A DNA stretch of 54,089 nt. Source: Candidatus Hydrogenedentota bacterium. Its GTDB lineage: Bacteria > Hydrogenedentota > Hydrogenedentia > Hydrogenedentales > SLHB01. Location: assembly GCA_045863295.1 (NCBI GenBank), contig BTWA01000019.1:36089-90177 (forward strand), in the 5' to 3' direction. Below the pieces are notes generated by a model that worked only from the letters and a program-made list of their open reading frames with translations, had not been told where the DNA came from and ran no database searches. The translations under genes were made by a program, and so were the position numbers. Shown piece by piece: positions 46,331-54,089 of the stretch (its first letter is position 1; each line of letters opens with the position of its first letter).

Positions 46331-46376
46331 AGGGCGGTGAAGCTCTAGCGACAAGCTTCACCGCCCTTTCTATTTT
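46331..46376 (+). terminator. Intrinsic terminator
   Basis: 14-bp perfect stem AGGGCGGTGAAGCT/AGCTTCACCGCCCT followed by TTCTATTTT. Confidence 0.8.
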
Positions 46377-46529
46377 GTTCGATCGGCTGCGTACGCGTTC
46401 GTTTTAAGGGTTTCAGTCCTTGAAAGCCCGATCGCGTGTAACGCACCCAATGCCCTGCCACCGGCAGGGGCATCGCCTGAGGGTTACGCTTCTCCTTTCT
46501 TGCAAGTCCAGCCGAGTGACAGCGCATAT

Positions 46530-46558
46530 TTGCGAGTCTCCGTTCGCTCCACTACAAT
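46530..46558 (+). promoter_or_regulatory. Putative sigma70 promoter of mutL-miaA
   Basis: TTGCGA, 17 bp, TACAAT, ending 35 nt before the ATG. Confidence 0.55.
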
Positions 46559-46593
46559 AAGGTCCGCACACAATTTCCAACCGCGGATGACCC

Positions 46594-48456
46594 ATGGCAG
46601 CGAAGCTTTCCATACCTCCTGTACGCGTTCTTCCAGAAACCGTGGCGAATAAGATTGCCGCCGGTGAAGTGGTGGAGCGTCCGGCCTCGGTCGTAAAAGA
46701 ACTTGTCGAAAACGCGTTGGACGCCAGAGCGTCATTGATTTCGGTGCGCCTCGTTGCCGCGGGCAGGCGCACCATAGAGGTGACCGACAACGGCCATGGC
46801 ATGTCGGAGCAAGATGCCATGCTCGCTGTCGAACGACATGCCACGAGCAAGATCCGCAAGGCCGAAGATCTCGATAACATCGTGACACTGGGGTTTCGGG
46901 GAGAGGCGCTGGCGAGCATCGCGGCCGTCTCGAAATTTGAACTGGTGACACGCCGCGAAAAGGACGAAGCGGGCACGCGAATCCGAATCGAGGGCGGCGT
47001 ACTTCGTTCGGTCGACAAGATAGCCGCGCCGGTTGGCACCCGCATCTCGGTCAACCGTCTGTATTTCAATACGCCCGTCCGCGCAAAGTTCCTGAAAGGC
47101 ATGGCCACCGAATTGAGCCAGGCGATCGACGTTGTGCAGCGGCATGCCCTTGCTGTGCGCAACACGGGATTCCGCCTGTTGCACAACGAAAAGCCATTGC
47201 TAGAAGTGCCCGATCACGCTTCTCTTCGCGAACGCGTTGCGCTGGTATGGGGGCTTGGTTTTCTCAAGGATTTGGTTGATTTGAACGGTGAACACGCTGG
47301 AATCCACGTGCATGGGCTCATCGGTTCCCCGGTGCTTTCGCGATCCCAGCGTTCACACCAGTATTTCTTTCTCAATAGCCGGCCCGTAGTGAACCGCTCC
47401 ATGCAGTATGGCTTTGAAGAAGGGTATCGGGAACTGCTGACTATTGGCAGGCGTCCGGTGGGCATTCTGTTTGTGGATATTCATCCGCGTCTGGTCGATG
47501 TAAACATACACCCGGCGAAACGTGAGGTGCGGTTTCGGGACGAACGTGTCGTGCGGGAAACGGTCCGCGACTTGGTCCGTGTGCGCCTTGAGCGGCTACT
47601 TGAGAAGCAAGTCACCCATACGTTGGAGGACAGCCACACTCTCTCCGCAGGGTCGACGTTACAGGCCAAGGCGGAAGTCGCCATTACCGATTCCAGGGAA
47701 CCGAGTGAAGTGGAGCGCCCGGCGTATCGGCACGAAACCCCAATCCTGGACCGTGAACCGGCGGGGTCTGTATTTCAAAAATATGCAGAGCCGGTTCAAA
47801 CCGGCATTCCCGGGATTGGCGCTGCCGCAGACATCGACAGTGTCGCGTTGGCGCCCGTATACCGGCCCATGGCCATGGCCGAGGAAGCGCCGCTACAGTT
47901 GTTTGACACATATTTGTTGTTACCCGAGGACGATCGGCTCCTCATTATTGATCAGCACGCGTTGCACGAGCGCATTACCTATGACAGTCTCAGGGCCGAC
48001 TTGGAAGAGTCTGACTACGCATCGCAGCAATTGGCTGTGCCGCTTCTGGTGGAAGTCCCACCCTCCCACGTGCGCCTGTTGGAAAGCAACCGCGACCTTT
48101 TTGCGCGGCTGGGCATTGAGATCGAACCTTTTGGGGGAAATACATTTCAAGTCACCTCCATTTGCCATCTCTATGATGAATCCGCAGTACCGGACGCCGT
48201 CTATCGGGTCTTGGATGCCCTGGCTCAGGGCGATCTATTCAGCCGGGAAGACTTCATGTCGGATTTATTGCGCCTAACTGTGGAAGCCTGTCGCGGTTCA
48301 GTGAAAGCTGGCGATCGCCTCTCGCCGCAGGAACGCCGTGAACTGGTCGAGGGATTTAAGCGGCTCCGGCCTCCCTATACGTGCCCCCATGGCAGGCCCA
48401 TCATCACTGAGTTAACCGTCACCCAGATGGAAAAAAGTTTTCGGAGACGACAGTGA
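46594..48456 (+). CDS. mutL: DNA mismatch repair endonuclease MutL
   Basis: NKIAAGEVVERPASVVKELVENALDA, HATSKI, GFRGEALASI, DVNIHPAKREV, DQHALHERI, CPHGRP. Confidence 0.97.
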   Translation: MAAKLSIPPVRVLPETVANKIAAGEVVERPASVVKELVENALDARASLISVRLVAAGRRTIEVTDNGHGMSEQDAMLAVERHATSKIRKAEDLDNIVTLGFRGEALASIAAVSKFELVTRREKDEAGTRIRIEGGVLRSVDKIAAPVGTRISVNRLYFNTPVRAKFLKGMATELSQAIDVVQRHALAVRNTGFRLLHNEKPLLEVPDHASLRERVALVWGLGFLKDLVDLNGEHAGIHVHGLIGSPVLSRSQRSHQYFFLNSRPVVNRSMQYGFEEGYRELLTIGRRPVGILFVDIHPRLVDVNIHPAKREVRFRDERVVRETVRDLVRVRLERLLEKQVTHTLEDSHTLSAGSTLQAKAEVAITDSREPSEVERPAYRHETPILDREPAGSVFQKYAEPVQTGIPGIGAAADIDSVALAPVYRPMAMAEEAPLQLFDTYLLLPEDDRLLIIDQHALHERITYDSLRADLEESDYASQQLAVPLLVEVPPSHVRLLESNRDLFARLGIEIEPFGGNTFQVTSICHLYDESAVPDAVYRVLDALAQGDLFSREDFMSDLLRLTVEACRGSVKAGDRLSPQERRELVEGFKRLRPPYTCPHGRPIITELTVTQMEKSFRRRQ

Positions 48457-49379
48457 CCGAAGTGATTGCCGTGGTTGGCCCGACCGCTTCGGGAAAGACG
48501 GCATTGGCCATTCGAATTGCCGAACACCTGCACACGGAGATCATCTCCGCCGATTCCATGCAAGTGTATCGTGGGATGGAAATCGGAACTGGCGCGCCGT
48601 CCAGCGAAGAACTCCGCCGTGTTCCCCATCACTTTGTAAGTATTTGGCCGCCGGAAACCCGCTGGTCCGCCGGTGCGTTTGAGCAAGCGGCCCGGCCGAT
48701 CGTCAAGCGATTGAACGACGCGGCAAAACCGGCTGTAGTTGTTGGAGGATCGGGACTTTACGTGCAGGCGTTAATCGACGGCTTAATTGATGTGCCCGCG
48801 TCAGACCCGTCCATTCGACGCCGCTTGCAGGCGGATGCAGAGAAGCTCGGTGCGGACGCCCTGTACGCTCGGCTTCAGCGGGTCGATCCGGATTACGCCG
48901 AGGCTATTCATTCCAATGACCTTCGCCGAATCGTGCGGGCTCTCGAGATTTATGAAGGCACCGGCGTGCCGCTGGGAGGCTGGCATTCGAGACTGAGGGA
49001 TGGCATGCGGCCATTGCGCAGCCTTCAAATTGCCATCGAACACCCACGTCAAGCCCTCTACAATCGAATCAACGCGCGTGTCGACGAAATGATTGCCACC
49101 GGGTTCCTGGACGAACTCCGGGCGCTGCTGGACCAAGGGTACGCTGAGCACCTGGAGAAGCTGCGCACGCTTGGCTACAGGGAATGCCTCGCCTATTTGC
49201 GCGGCGAAGTCTCACTCGAATCTGCGGTCGAAGCCATGAAAATGAACACGCGCCGGTATGCGAAACGGCAATTGAGCTGGTTTCGCGGCGACGATCGAAT
49301 TCACTGGCTCCCAACAGGGACCGATGCCGAAGTCTGGGCGCGAACGTGCGCCTTGCTGAATCCTCACATAGCCGGTTGA
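48453..49379 (+). CDS. miaA: tRNA dimethylallyltransferase
   Basis: GPTASGKT, SADSMQVYRGMEIGT, VGGSGLY, RIVRALE, TRRYAKRQLSWFR. GTGA overlap with mutL. Confidence 0.97.
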   Translation: MTEVIAVVGPTASGKTALAIRIAEHLHTEIISADSMQVYRGMEIGTGAPSSEELRRVPHHFVSIWPPETRWSAGAFEQAARPIVKRLNDAAKPAVVVGGSGLYVQALIDGLIDVPASDPSIRRRLQADAEKLGADALYARLQRVDPDYAEAIHSNDLRRIVRALEIYEGTGVPLGGWHSRLRDGMRPLRSLQIAIEHPRQALYNRINARVDEMIATGFLDELRALLDQGYAEHLEKLRTLGYRECLAYLRGEVSLESAVEAMKMNTRRYAKRQLSWFRGDDRIHWLPTGTDAEVWARTCALLNPHIAG

Positions 49380-49426
49380 CAGGACAAGCTTAGCGAGTCC
49401 ATGGGCATCCCAAGGGAGGGTGGAGC

Positions 49427-51103
49427 TTGGGGTTGTTAAAGAAATCCGCTTTCTGGTTGGCCGTACTGGCGGTGTCTTCGTCGTTTGCATTCTTCTTCAT
49501 GACCGCAAGCACCTATGTGCCCAACGACGACGCTTACATAACGTTTCGGGTTGCCTGGAATTTGTTCGATCTGGGCAAGCCCGTGTTCAATGCCCATGAG
49601 ACCGTCGAGGCAAGTTCCACACCGTTGTATACGTGGATTACGGCCTTGGGCTTTCTCTTTGTGCATCGGGATCACATTGCCATTTATGCGCTGGCTGTCA
49701 ACGTGATGTGCATGGTTGGCGCTGCCTTGGCTGTCCGGAAGCTGGGGGACGGCCGTGGCGTGTCCGGTTGGGTTCTGGCGCTCCTTCTATCGATTACGCC
49801 CGCAGTCGCCTACTGGGCTGCTTCCGGCATGGAAACCGTGATGGTGCTCATGATTCAGCTGTGGTATTGGTGGGCGGTTCATCAAACGGACCCTGAGAAC
49901 GGGGACACGCAACCGATACATTTGCTTATGGCGCTGACTGCACTGTCCGTGCTTGCACGGGCCGATGGGTTCGTCATGCCGCTAATCGTTTGCGTGTATC
50001 TTGTCCTCAATGTGCGGATCCGGCCCGCGTTGGCGGTCCTCGGTTCTCTCGTGTTTGCGCAAGGCGCGATCACGATCTGGCGCATGTATTATTATGGCTG
50101 GCCACTGCCCAACACCGTCTATGCAAAAGTCAGCGGGACATTCGATCAACGCATTCAAAGCGCACTCTCCTATGTGGAGGCCATGTTCATTCCCGCCGGC
50201 ATGTGGTTGCCGATAGTGGCGCTCTTCGGTCTGCTGGTTTCGGAAGTGGCAACGACCTGCCGTGTTGCCCGACAGGCGCGATTCATTCGAATCTCCACTC
50301 TCGCCCGATCCTTCTCGTTTCCTTCATTCTTCTTTCCGCTTTGGATTACGTATTGGTTTCTCCATGGAGGCGACATCTACAACGAACGATTGTTGCTGAT
50401 TCTCTATCCCATGGGATACTACGCACTCCTGCGCATTGCGGCTCAGAACGGTTTGAAACCTGATCGGCTTGCCACATTCATTCTCGGGGCAATGGCATTC
50501 GTGGTGGTCAGTTATTTGCCCATGGACATCAATCCGACGGGCACCAATTACTTCGATCTCGCGTCCGAGCGGCGATTGCCCATTGAAAGACGAGAAAAGG
50601 CCCTGGCAGATATTCTGGTCAAGAACCATCCTCAGGCTTCCAGCATTGCCGCAGACAAACTCGGGATGATTGCATACTATCTGCCCAGTTTCACTGTGAT
50701 CGATATGTTTGGCCTTGCCGATGAACACATTGCCCACCTCGAACCCAAAGGCAATTACCTGGTGGGACACGTCAAATTCGATACCGAATACGTGCTCAAG
50801 AAGCGGATGCCGGACTTTGTATTTTCGATGGGGCATCTGGCCAACCAGGGGAAATTTCAGAGTTTCCTGATCTACGACCTGACCGATCATGCATTAGAGC
50901 GAAACGGGTATCGGTTGGGCTATGCTTCGTCCATCAGCACGCACCGGGTTCTCGACTTGCGTGGCCGCACCCGGGAAGAGGCCTTGGAGTTGGTCAGTAG
51001 CGGCACTGCGGACTACAACATGTTCGTGTTCTACCGGGATCCGGGTGAAGCGGCAATAGAAATGCCGGACTCTCCGGCAGGAGAGTCCGGCGTGGTCCAC
51101 TAA
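49427..51103 (+). CDS. Polytopic membrane GT-C-like glycosyltransferase (AftB-like pattern)
   Basis: DDAYITFRVAWN, VEASSTPLY, SGMET, RADG, PLPNTVYAK, IDMFGLADEHIAH; many TMs. Confidence 0.72.
   Translation: MGLLKKSAFWLAVLAVSSSFAFFFMTASTYVPNDDAYITFRVAWNLFDLGKPVFNAHETVEASSTPLYTWITALGFLFVHRDHIAIYALAVNVMCMVGAALAVRKLGDGRGVSGWVLALLLSITPAVAYWAASGMETVMVLMIQLWYWWAVHQTDPENGDTQPIHLLMALTALSVLARADGFVMPLIVCVYLVLNVRIRPALAVLGSLVFAQGAITIWRMYYYGWPLPNTVYAKVSGTFDQRIQSALSYVEAMFIPAGMWLPIVALFGLLVSEVATTCRVARQARFIRISTLARSFSFPSFFFPLWITYWFLHGGDIYNERLLLILYPMGYYALLRIAAQNGLKPDRLATFILGAMAFVVVSYLPMDINPTGTNYFDLASERRLPIERREKALADILVKNHPQASSIAADKLGMIAYYLPSFTVIDMFGLADEHIAHLEPKGNYLVGHVKFDTEYVLKKRMPDFVFSMGHLANQGKFQSFLIYDLTDHALERNGYRLGYASSISTHRVLDLRGRTREEALELVSSGTADYNMFVFYRDPGEAAIEMPDSPAGESGVVH
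51053..51091 (-). terminator. Intrinsic terminator of the lipoprotein gene, embedded in the convergent CDS
   Basis: 12-bp perfect stem GCCGGACTCTCC/GGAGAGTCCGGC (51064-51091). On the - strand it is followed by ATTTCTATT. Confidence 0.55.
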
Positions 51104-51122
51104 TGCCGGTGCAACGAGTTCG

Positions 51123-51644
51123 TCAAATGGTCGCGGCCACTTCAAAGGTGCCGTCAAATCCAAACGGTTCCACGCCGGCGAGTAAAATGCGGTATGACCA
51201 GTTGCCGGCATACGTATCCATCTTGCCATCGGAATCGGCGTCGACGCCCACTCCGGTCAGCACCAGCGCCACGCACATACCCGTGCCGCACCCGCCGGAA
51301 AGCAACGTAAACGAACCGTCGTCGCCCATGATGCCGGAGACTTGCACGACCGATGGTTGCGGTTGGCTTTGCGCCCAAGCGGGCAACTGTATGCATGAGT
51401 AATCGATCGTGACCTGGCCGGTTACAGTATGATCTTGCGGATACGATGCGTTCACATCCTGCGTCAATGCCATTTCCAGCGCACAGGATTGAACGGTTTG
51501 CGCCGAATCCGTCGAGCTGCCGCTCCACGTGCCGGAAAATGCGCCGGTCGCGTCAAACGGGGCCTTGGGCAATGTCACCGGACAAGCCAGCAGCAACGCG
51601 GTCAAGGCCAGACAGGTGATTCCAACAAGCAGACTACGTAACAT
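51123..51644 (-). CDS. Hypothetical lipoprotein
   Basis: Lipobox LLLAC; beta-rich; DADSDG (DxDxDG) motif; four further Cys in the mature part. Confidence 0.75.
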   Translation of the reverse strand: MLRSLLVGITCLALTALLLACPVTLPKAPFDATGAFSGTWSGSSTDSAQTVQSCALEMALTQDVNASYPQDHTVTGQVTIDYSCIQLPAWAQSQPQPSVVQVSGIMGDDGSFTLLSGGCGTGMCVALVLTGVGVDADSDGKMDTYAGNWSYRILLAGVEPFGFDGTFEVAATI

Positions 51645-51742
51645 GACAGTTTACTCCGAGCGTTTATCCAGGCTCACTGTCCCGTACACATCCCCTTTGA
51701 CAGAGACAACGGCTTCCCGGTTTCAGCGAAAAGTAGCGAAGC

Positions 51743-51779
51743 AAAATAAAAAGCCCCGGATTTCAACGAAATCCGGGGC
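51743..51779 (-). terminator. Intrinsic terminator after ilvB
   Basis: 12-bp stem GCCCCGGATTTC/GAAATCCGGGGC followed by TTTTTATTTT on the - strand. Confidence 0.85.
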
Positions 51780-51796
51780 GAGATAGTGACCGGAGC

Positions 51797-53668
51797 TTAG
51801 AACAAATCGGGAATCTTGGTCATGTCCACATCGTCGTGCGGCTGCGCATCCTTCGTGCGCGGTGGAATGTACTGCCCGGTGATCATCTCCTTGTAGCCCA
51901 TGCCTGGACCGACCATCGGATACACATGCGCATTGGGATCGATCATCACTTCGAGAAATGCCGGACCATCATGAGCGACAAACGCCTCCATGGTCTCGCG
52001 CAATTTGCTCTTGTCTGAAAGCCGGACCGCGTACGTGAACCCGTCGGCTTCCGCGGCCTTCACGAAATCCTTGCGATGCAGCGATTTGTCGGTGCCGGAA
52101 AAGCGATCGCCGAAGTACAGATTCTGCCATTGCCGCACCATGCCGTCGCCCAGGTTGTTCAGCAGCAGCACCTTCACCTTGACGTTATACGTCGTCAGGG
52201 TTTCCAGTTCGCCGAGATTCATGCGAAGGCTGCCGTCTCCGTCGACATCGATCACGAGCGCATTCGGACACGCCAATTGCGCGCCTATGGCGGCTGGCAG
52301 GCCGAAGCCCATGGTGCCCATGCTGCCGGAGGTAAGCCAATATCGCGGTTCCTTGAAATCGAAGAACTGGGCGGCCCACATCTGGTGCTGTCCCACGCCC
52401 GTCGTAACGATGGCCTCGCCTTTACACACGTCGTTCAAGACTTCCAATGCATGCTGGGGTTGAATCAGGTCACCCTCTTTCTTGTAGCCCATGGGATGGT
52501 TGTGCTTCAGCGCGGCCACGTGCTTGTGCCACTTCGAGAAATCCTTTTTGAACGACTTGCCGTGCGCGATCAGGTCCGTCAACGCATAGCCGGCATCGCC
52601 GACGTGGGACCACGTGACCGATTTGACCTTGCCGATCTCCGCGGCGTCGATGTCGATGTGGGCGATGTTCTTTGCTTTCGGCGCGAATTCCAGCGGCTTG
52701 CCCGCCACGCGATCGTCGAATCGCGCACCCACGGTGATGAGAAAATCGCAATCCTCCACCGCATAATTGGCAAACGCCGTGCCGTGCATGCCGAGCATCC
52801 GCAACGAGAGCGGCGCCTGTGTATCCACACAACCGATTCCCATCAACGTATTTACAACCGGAATCTTGAAGGTGTCCACGAATTTCCGCAGGGCGTCGGA
52901 CGCATTGCTGTTAATGATGCCGCCGCCCGCGTAGATCAACGGCCGCTCGCTCTGTTCCAGCATCTTGAAAAACGTCGCGGCTTCGTCCTTGTCCACACGC
53001 GCCGAATACAGTTTGCGCAGGCGCTCCTCGTAACCGCGAAGTTGCAACAGGCCATGCCCTTTGAATGCGCCGGTCCAGTTCTGGACGTCTTTGGGCACGT
53101 CGATCACAACGGGTCCCGGGCGTCCGCTACGGGCGATGGCGAATGCCGTCCGCACTGTCTCTTCCAATTCTTCCGGTTTGGTGACCAGGAACACATGCTT
53201 GGCGCATGCGCTCATGATCTGGAACACAGGCGCTTCCTGAAACGCGTCAGATCCGATGGCCGCGCGCGGAACCTGCCCGCAGATCAGCACGACGGGAATC
53301 GAATCCGCCATGCAGTCGCGAATCGGCGTCACGCAATTGGTCGCGCCGGGCCCGGAAGTCACCAGAAACACGCCCACTTTGCCGCTGGCTCGCGAATAGC
53401 CCGCGGCCATGAAACCCGCGCCCTGTTCGTTCGCCGGCACAACCAGCCGGATCTGTTCCTTGTCGCCATGCTCCTCGTTGTAGCGAAATACGGCATCGTA
53501 CGTGGGCAGGATCGCACCGCCGCTGTATCCGAATATGGTATCCACACCCTCGTCTGCCAATACCTGCAGAATGATGTCCGCGCCCGGCATTACCTTGCCC
53601 GCCAGCGGATGCCTGTCTGCGCGGTGTTCGGTGGTCAGTCCGAGGGTGGTCATCGTCGTGGTAGCCAT
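51797..53668 (-). CDS. ilvB: Acetolactate synthase large (catalytic) subunit
   Basis: EQGAGFMAAGY, TSGPGATN, DAFQE, GMHG, GARFDDRV, GQHQMWAAQ, GTMGFGLPAAIGA, GDGS...NN, GMVRQWQ. AAGGAG RBS before ATG 53668. Confidence 0.95.
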   Translation of the reverse strand: MATTTMTTLGLTTEHRADRHPLAGKVMPGADIILQVLADEGVDTIFGYSGGAILPTYDAVFRYNEEHGDKEQIRLVVPANEQGAGFMAAGYSRASGKVGVFLVTSGPGATNCVTPIRDCMADSIPVVLICGQVPRAAIGSDAFQEAPVFQIMSACAKHVFLVTKPEELEETVRTAFAIARSGRPGPVVIDVPKDVQNWTGAFKGHGLLQLRGYEERLRKLYSARVDKDEAATFFKMLEQSERPLIYAGGGIINSNASDALRKFVDTFKIPVVNTLMGIGCVDTQAPLSLRMLGMHGTAFANYAVEDCDFLITVGARFDDRVAGKPLEFAPKAKNIAHIDIDAAEIGKVKSVTWSHVGDAGYALTDLIAHGKSFKKDFSKWHKHVAALKHNHPMGYKKEGDLIQPQHALEVLNDVCKGEAIVTTGVGQHQMWAAQFFDFKEPRYWLTSGSMGTMGFGLPAAIGAQLACPNALVIDVDGDGSLRMNLGELETLTTYNVKVKVLLLNNLGDGMVRQWQNLYFGDRFSGTDKSLHRKDFVKAAEADGFTYAVRLSDKSKLRETMEAFVAHDGPAFLEVMIDPNAHVYPMVGPGMGYKEMITGQYIPPRTKDAQPHDDVDMTKIPDLF

Positions 53669-53767
53669 CGCTCTCTCCTTTGGCGATTGTTCACTGAACC
53701 GGGCACTCCAGACGGCCCGTTCCAACTCTTCCCGGCTTCATGCCTACGGCGAACCGGGGTGCATAGC

Positions 53768-53804
53768 AAAAAGGGGCGCTGTTCCTATTTCTGAACAGCG
53801 CCCC
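53768..53804 (-). terminator. Intrinsic terminator after rpsA
   Basis: 12-bp stem GGGGCGCTGTTC/GAACAGCGCCCC followed by TTTTT on the - strand. Confidence 0.85.
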
Positions 53805-53831
53805 GAAGGTTTCTCTTGCGACCGGCGTCGT

Positions 53832-54089
53832 TTACGCCTTGTCCGCATCGGAGGGCTGCCCCTCCGATACTACCGCACCGGGCGATAGCTCGGCCAGCAT
53901 TTCATTGGCCGCGTTGGTCGGGTCTCCGCCCTCGGCCAGCAGCGACTTCGGCACCGAGCCGCCGACCACGTCGCCAATGCTGACGGACGTGCTGTCACCG
54001 CTCGTTCCGTAATTGGCCTGGGCCTGCCGGTCCGAATCCAACTGATACTCCCGAATGCTCAAACCGATTTTACGCTCGTTGGGATCCAC
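53832..54089 (-). CDS. rpsA: 30S ribosomal protein S1, C-terminal fragment (truncated by window edge)
   Basis: VDPNERKIGLSIRE is the end of an S1 domain, followed by the SIGD tail typical of RpsA and a strong terminator. Confidence 0.7.
   Translation of the reverse strand: MDPNERKIGLSIREYQLDSDRQAQANYGTSGDSTSVSIGDVVGGSVPKSLLAEGGDPTNAANEMLAELSPGAVVSEGQPSDADKA

Noticed and set aside
53691..53741. Leader peptide MKPGRVGTGRLECPVQ as an ilv attenuator
   Set aside because: No run of Ile/Leu/Val codons and no terminator between it and ilvB.
52076..53794. 572-aa + strand ORF
   Set aside because: Antisense shadow of ilvB.

Overview
This is a GC-rich bacterial chromosomal window of about 40 protein-coding genes. 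It has no rRNA, tRNA, CRISPR array, prophage or intact transposase that I can support. The gene content (many secreted and lipoproteins, two MoxR operons, a kinase-WD40 protein) suggests a PVC or Hydrogenedentes-like organism, but that is inference only. Contents in order: a mosaic of REP-like palindromes downstream of rtcB; a MoxR-DUF58-transglutaminase operon; a Zn-ribbon/Ser-Thr kinase/TPR/WD40 gene with a flippase-like partner; a PA0069-type radical SAM gene; assorted hydrolases, oxidoreductases and an orphan histidine kinase; an 8-gene MoxR-DUF58-BatA/VWA-VWA-coiled coil-DUF4159-metallophosphoesterase-thioredoxin operon; a small protein/NoeA-like/LtaS-like cassette; a sugar ABC transporter; a small secreted protein flanked by structured non-coding segments; mutL-miaA; ilvB; and the 3' end of rpsA. 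Best candidates for undescribed biology: (1) the NoeA-like kinase-methyltransferase + phosphotransferase + micro-protein cassette; (2) the Cys-rich extended MoxR/Bat operon; (3) putative structured RNAs on both sides of 45797-46222; (4) an SOS-box-like operator plus clamp-binding tail on the radical SAM gene. All family assignments come from motif recognition by eye, not from database searches.
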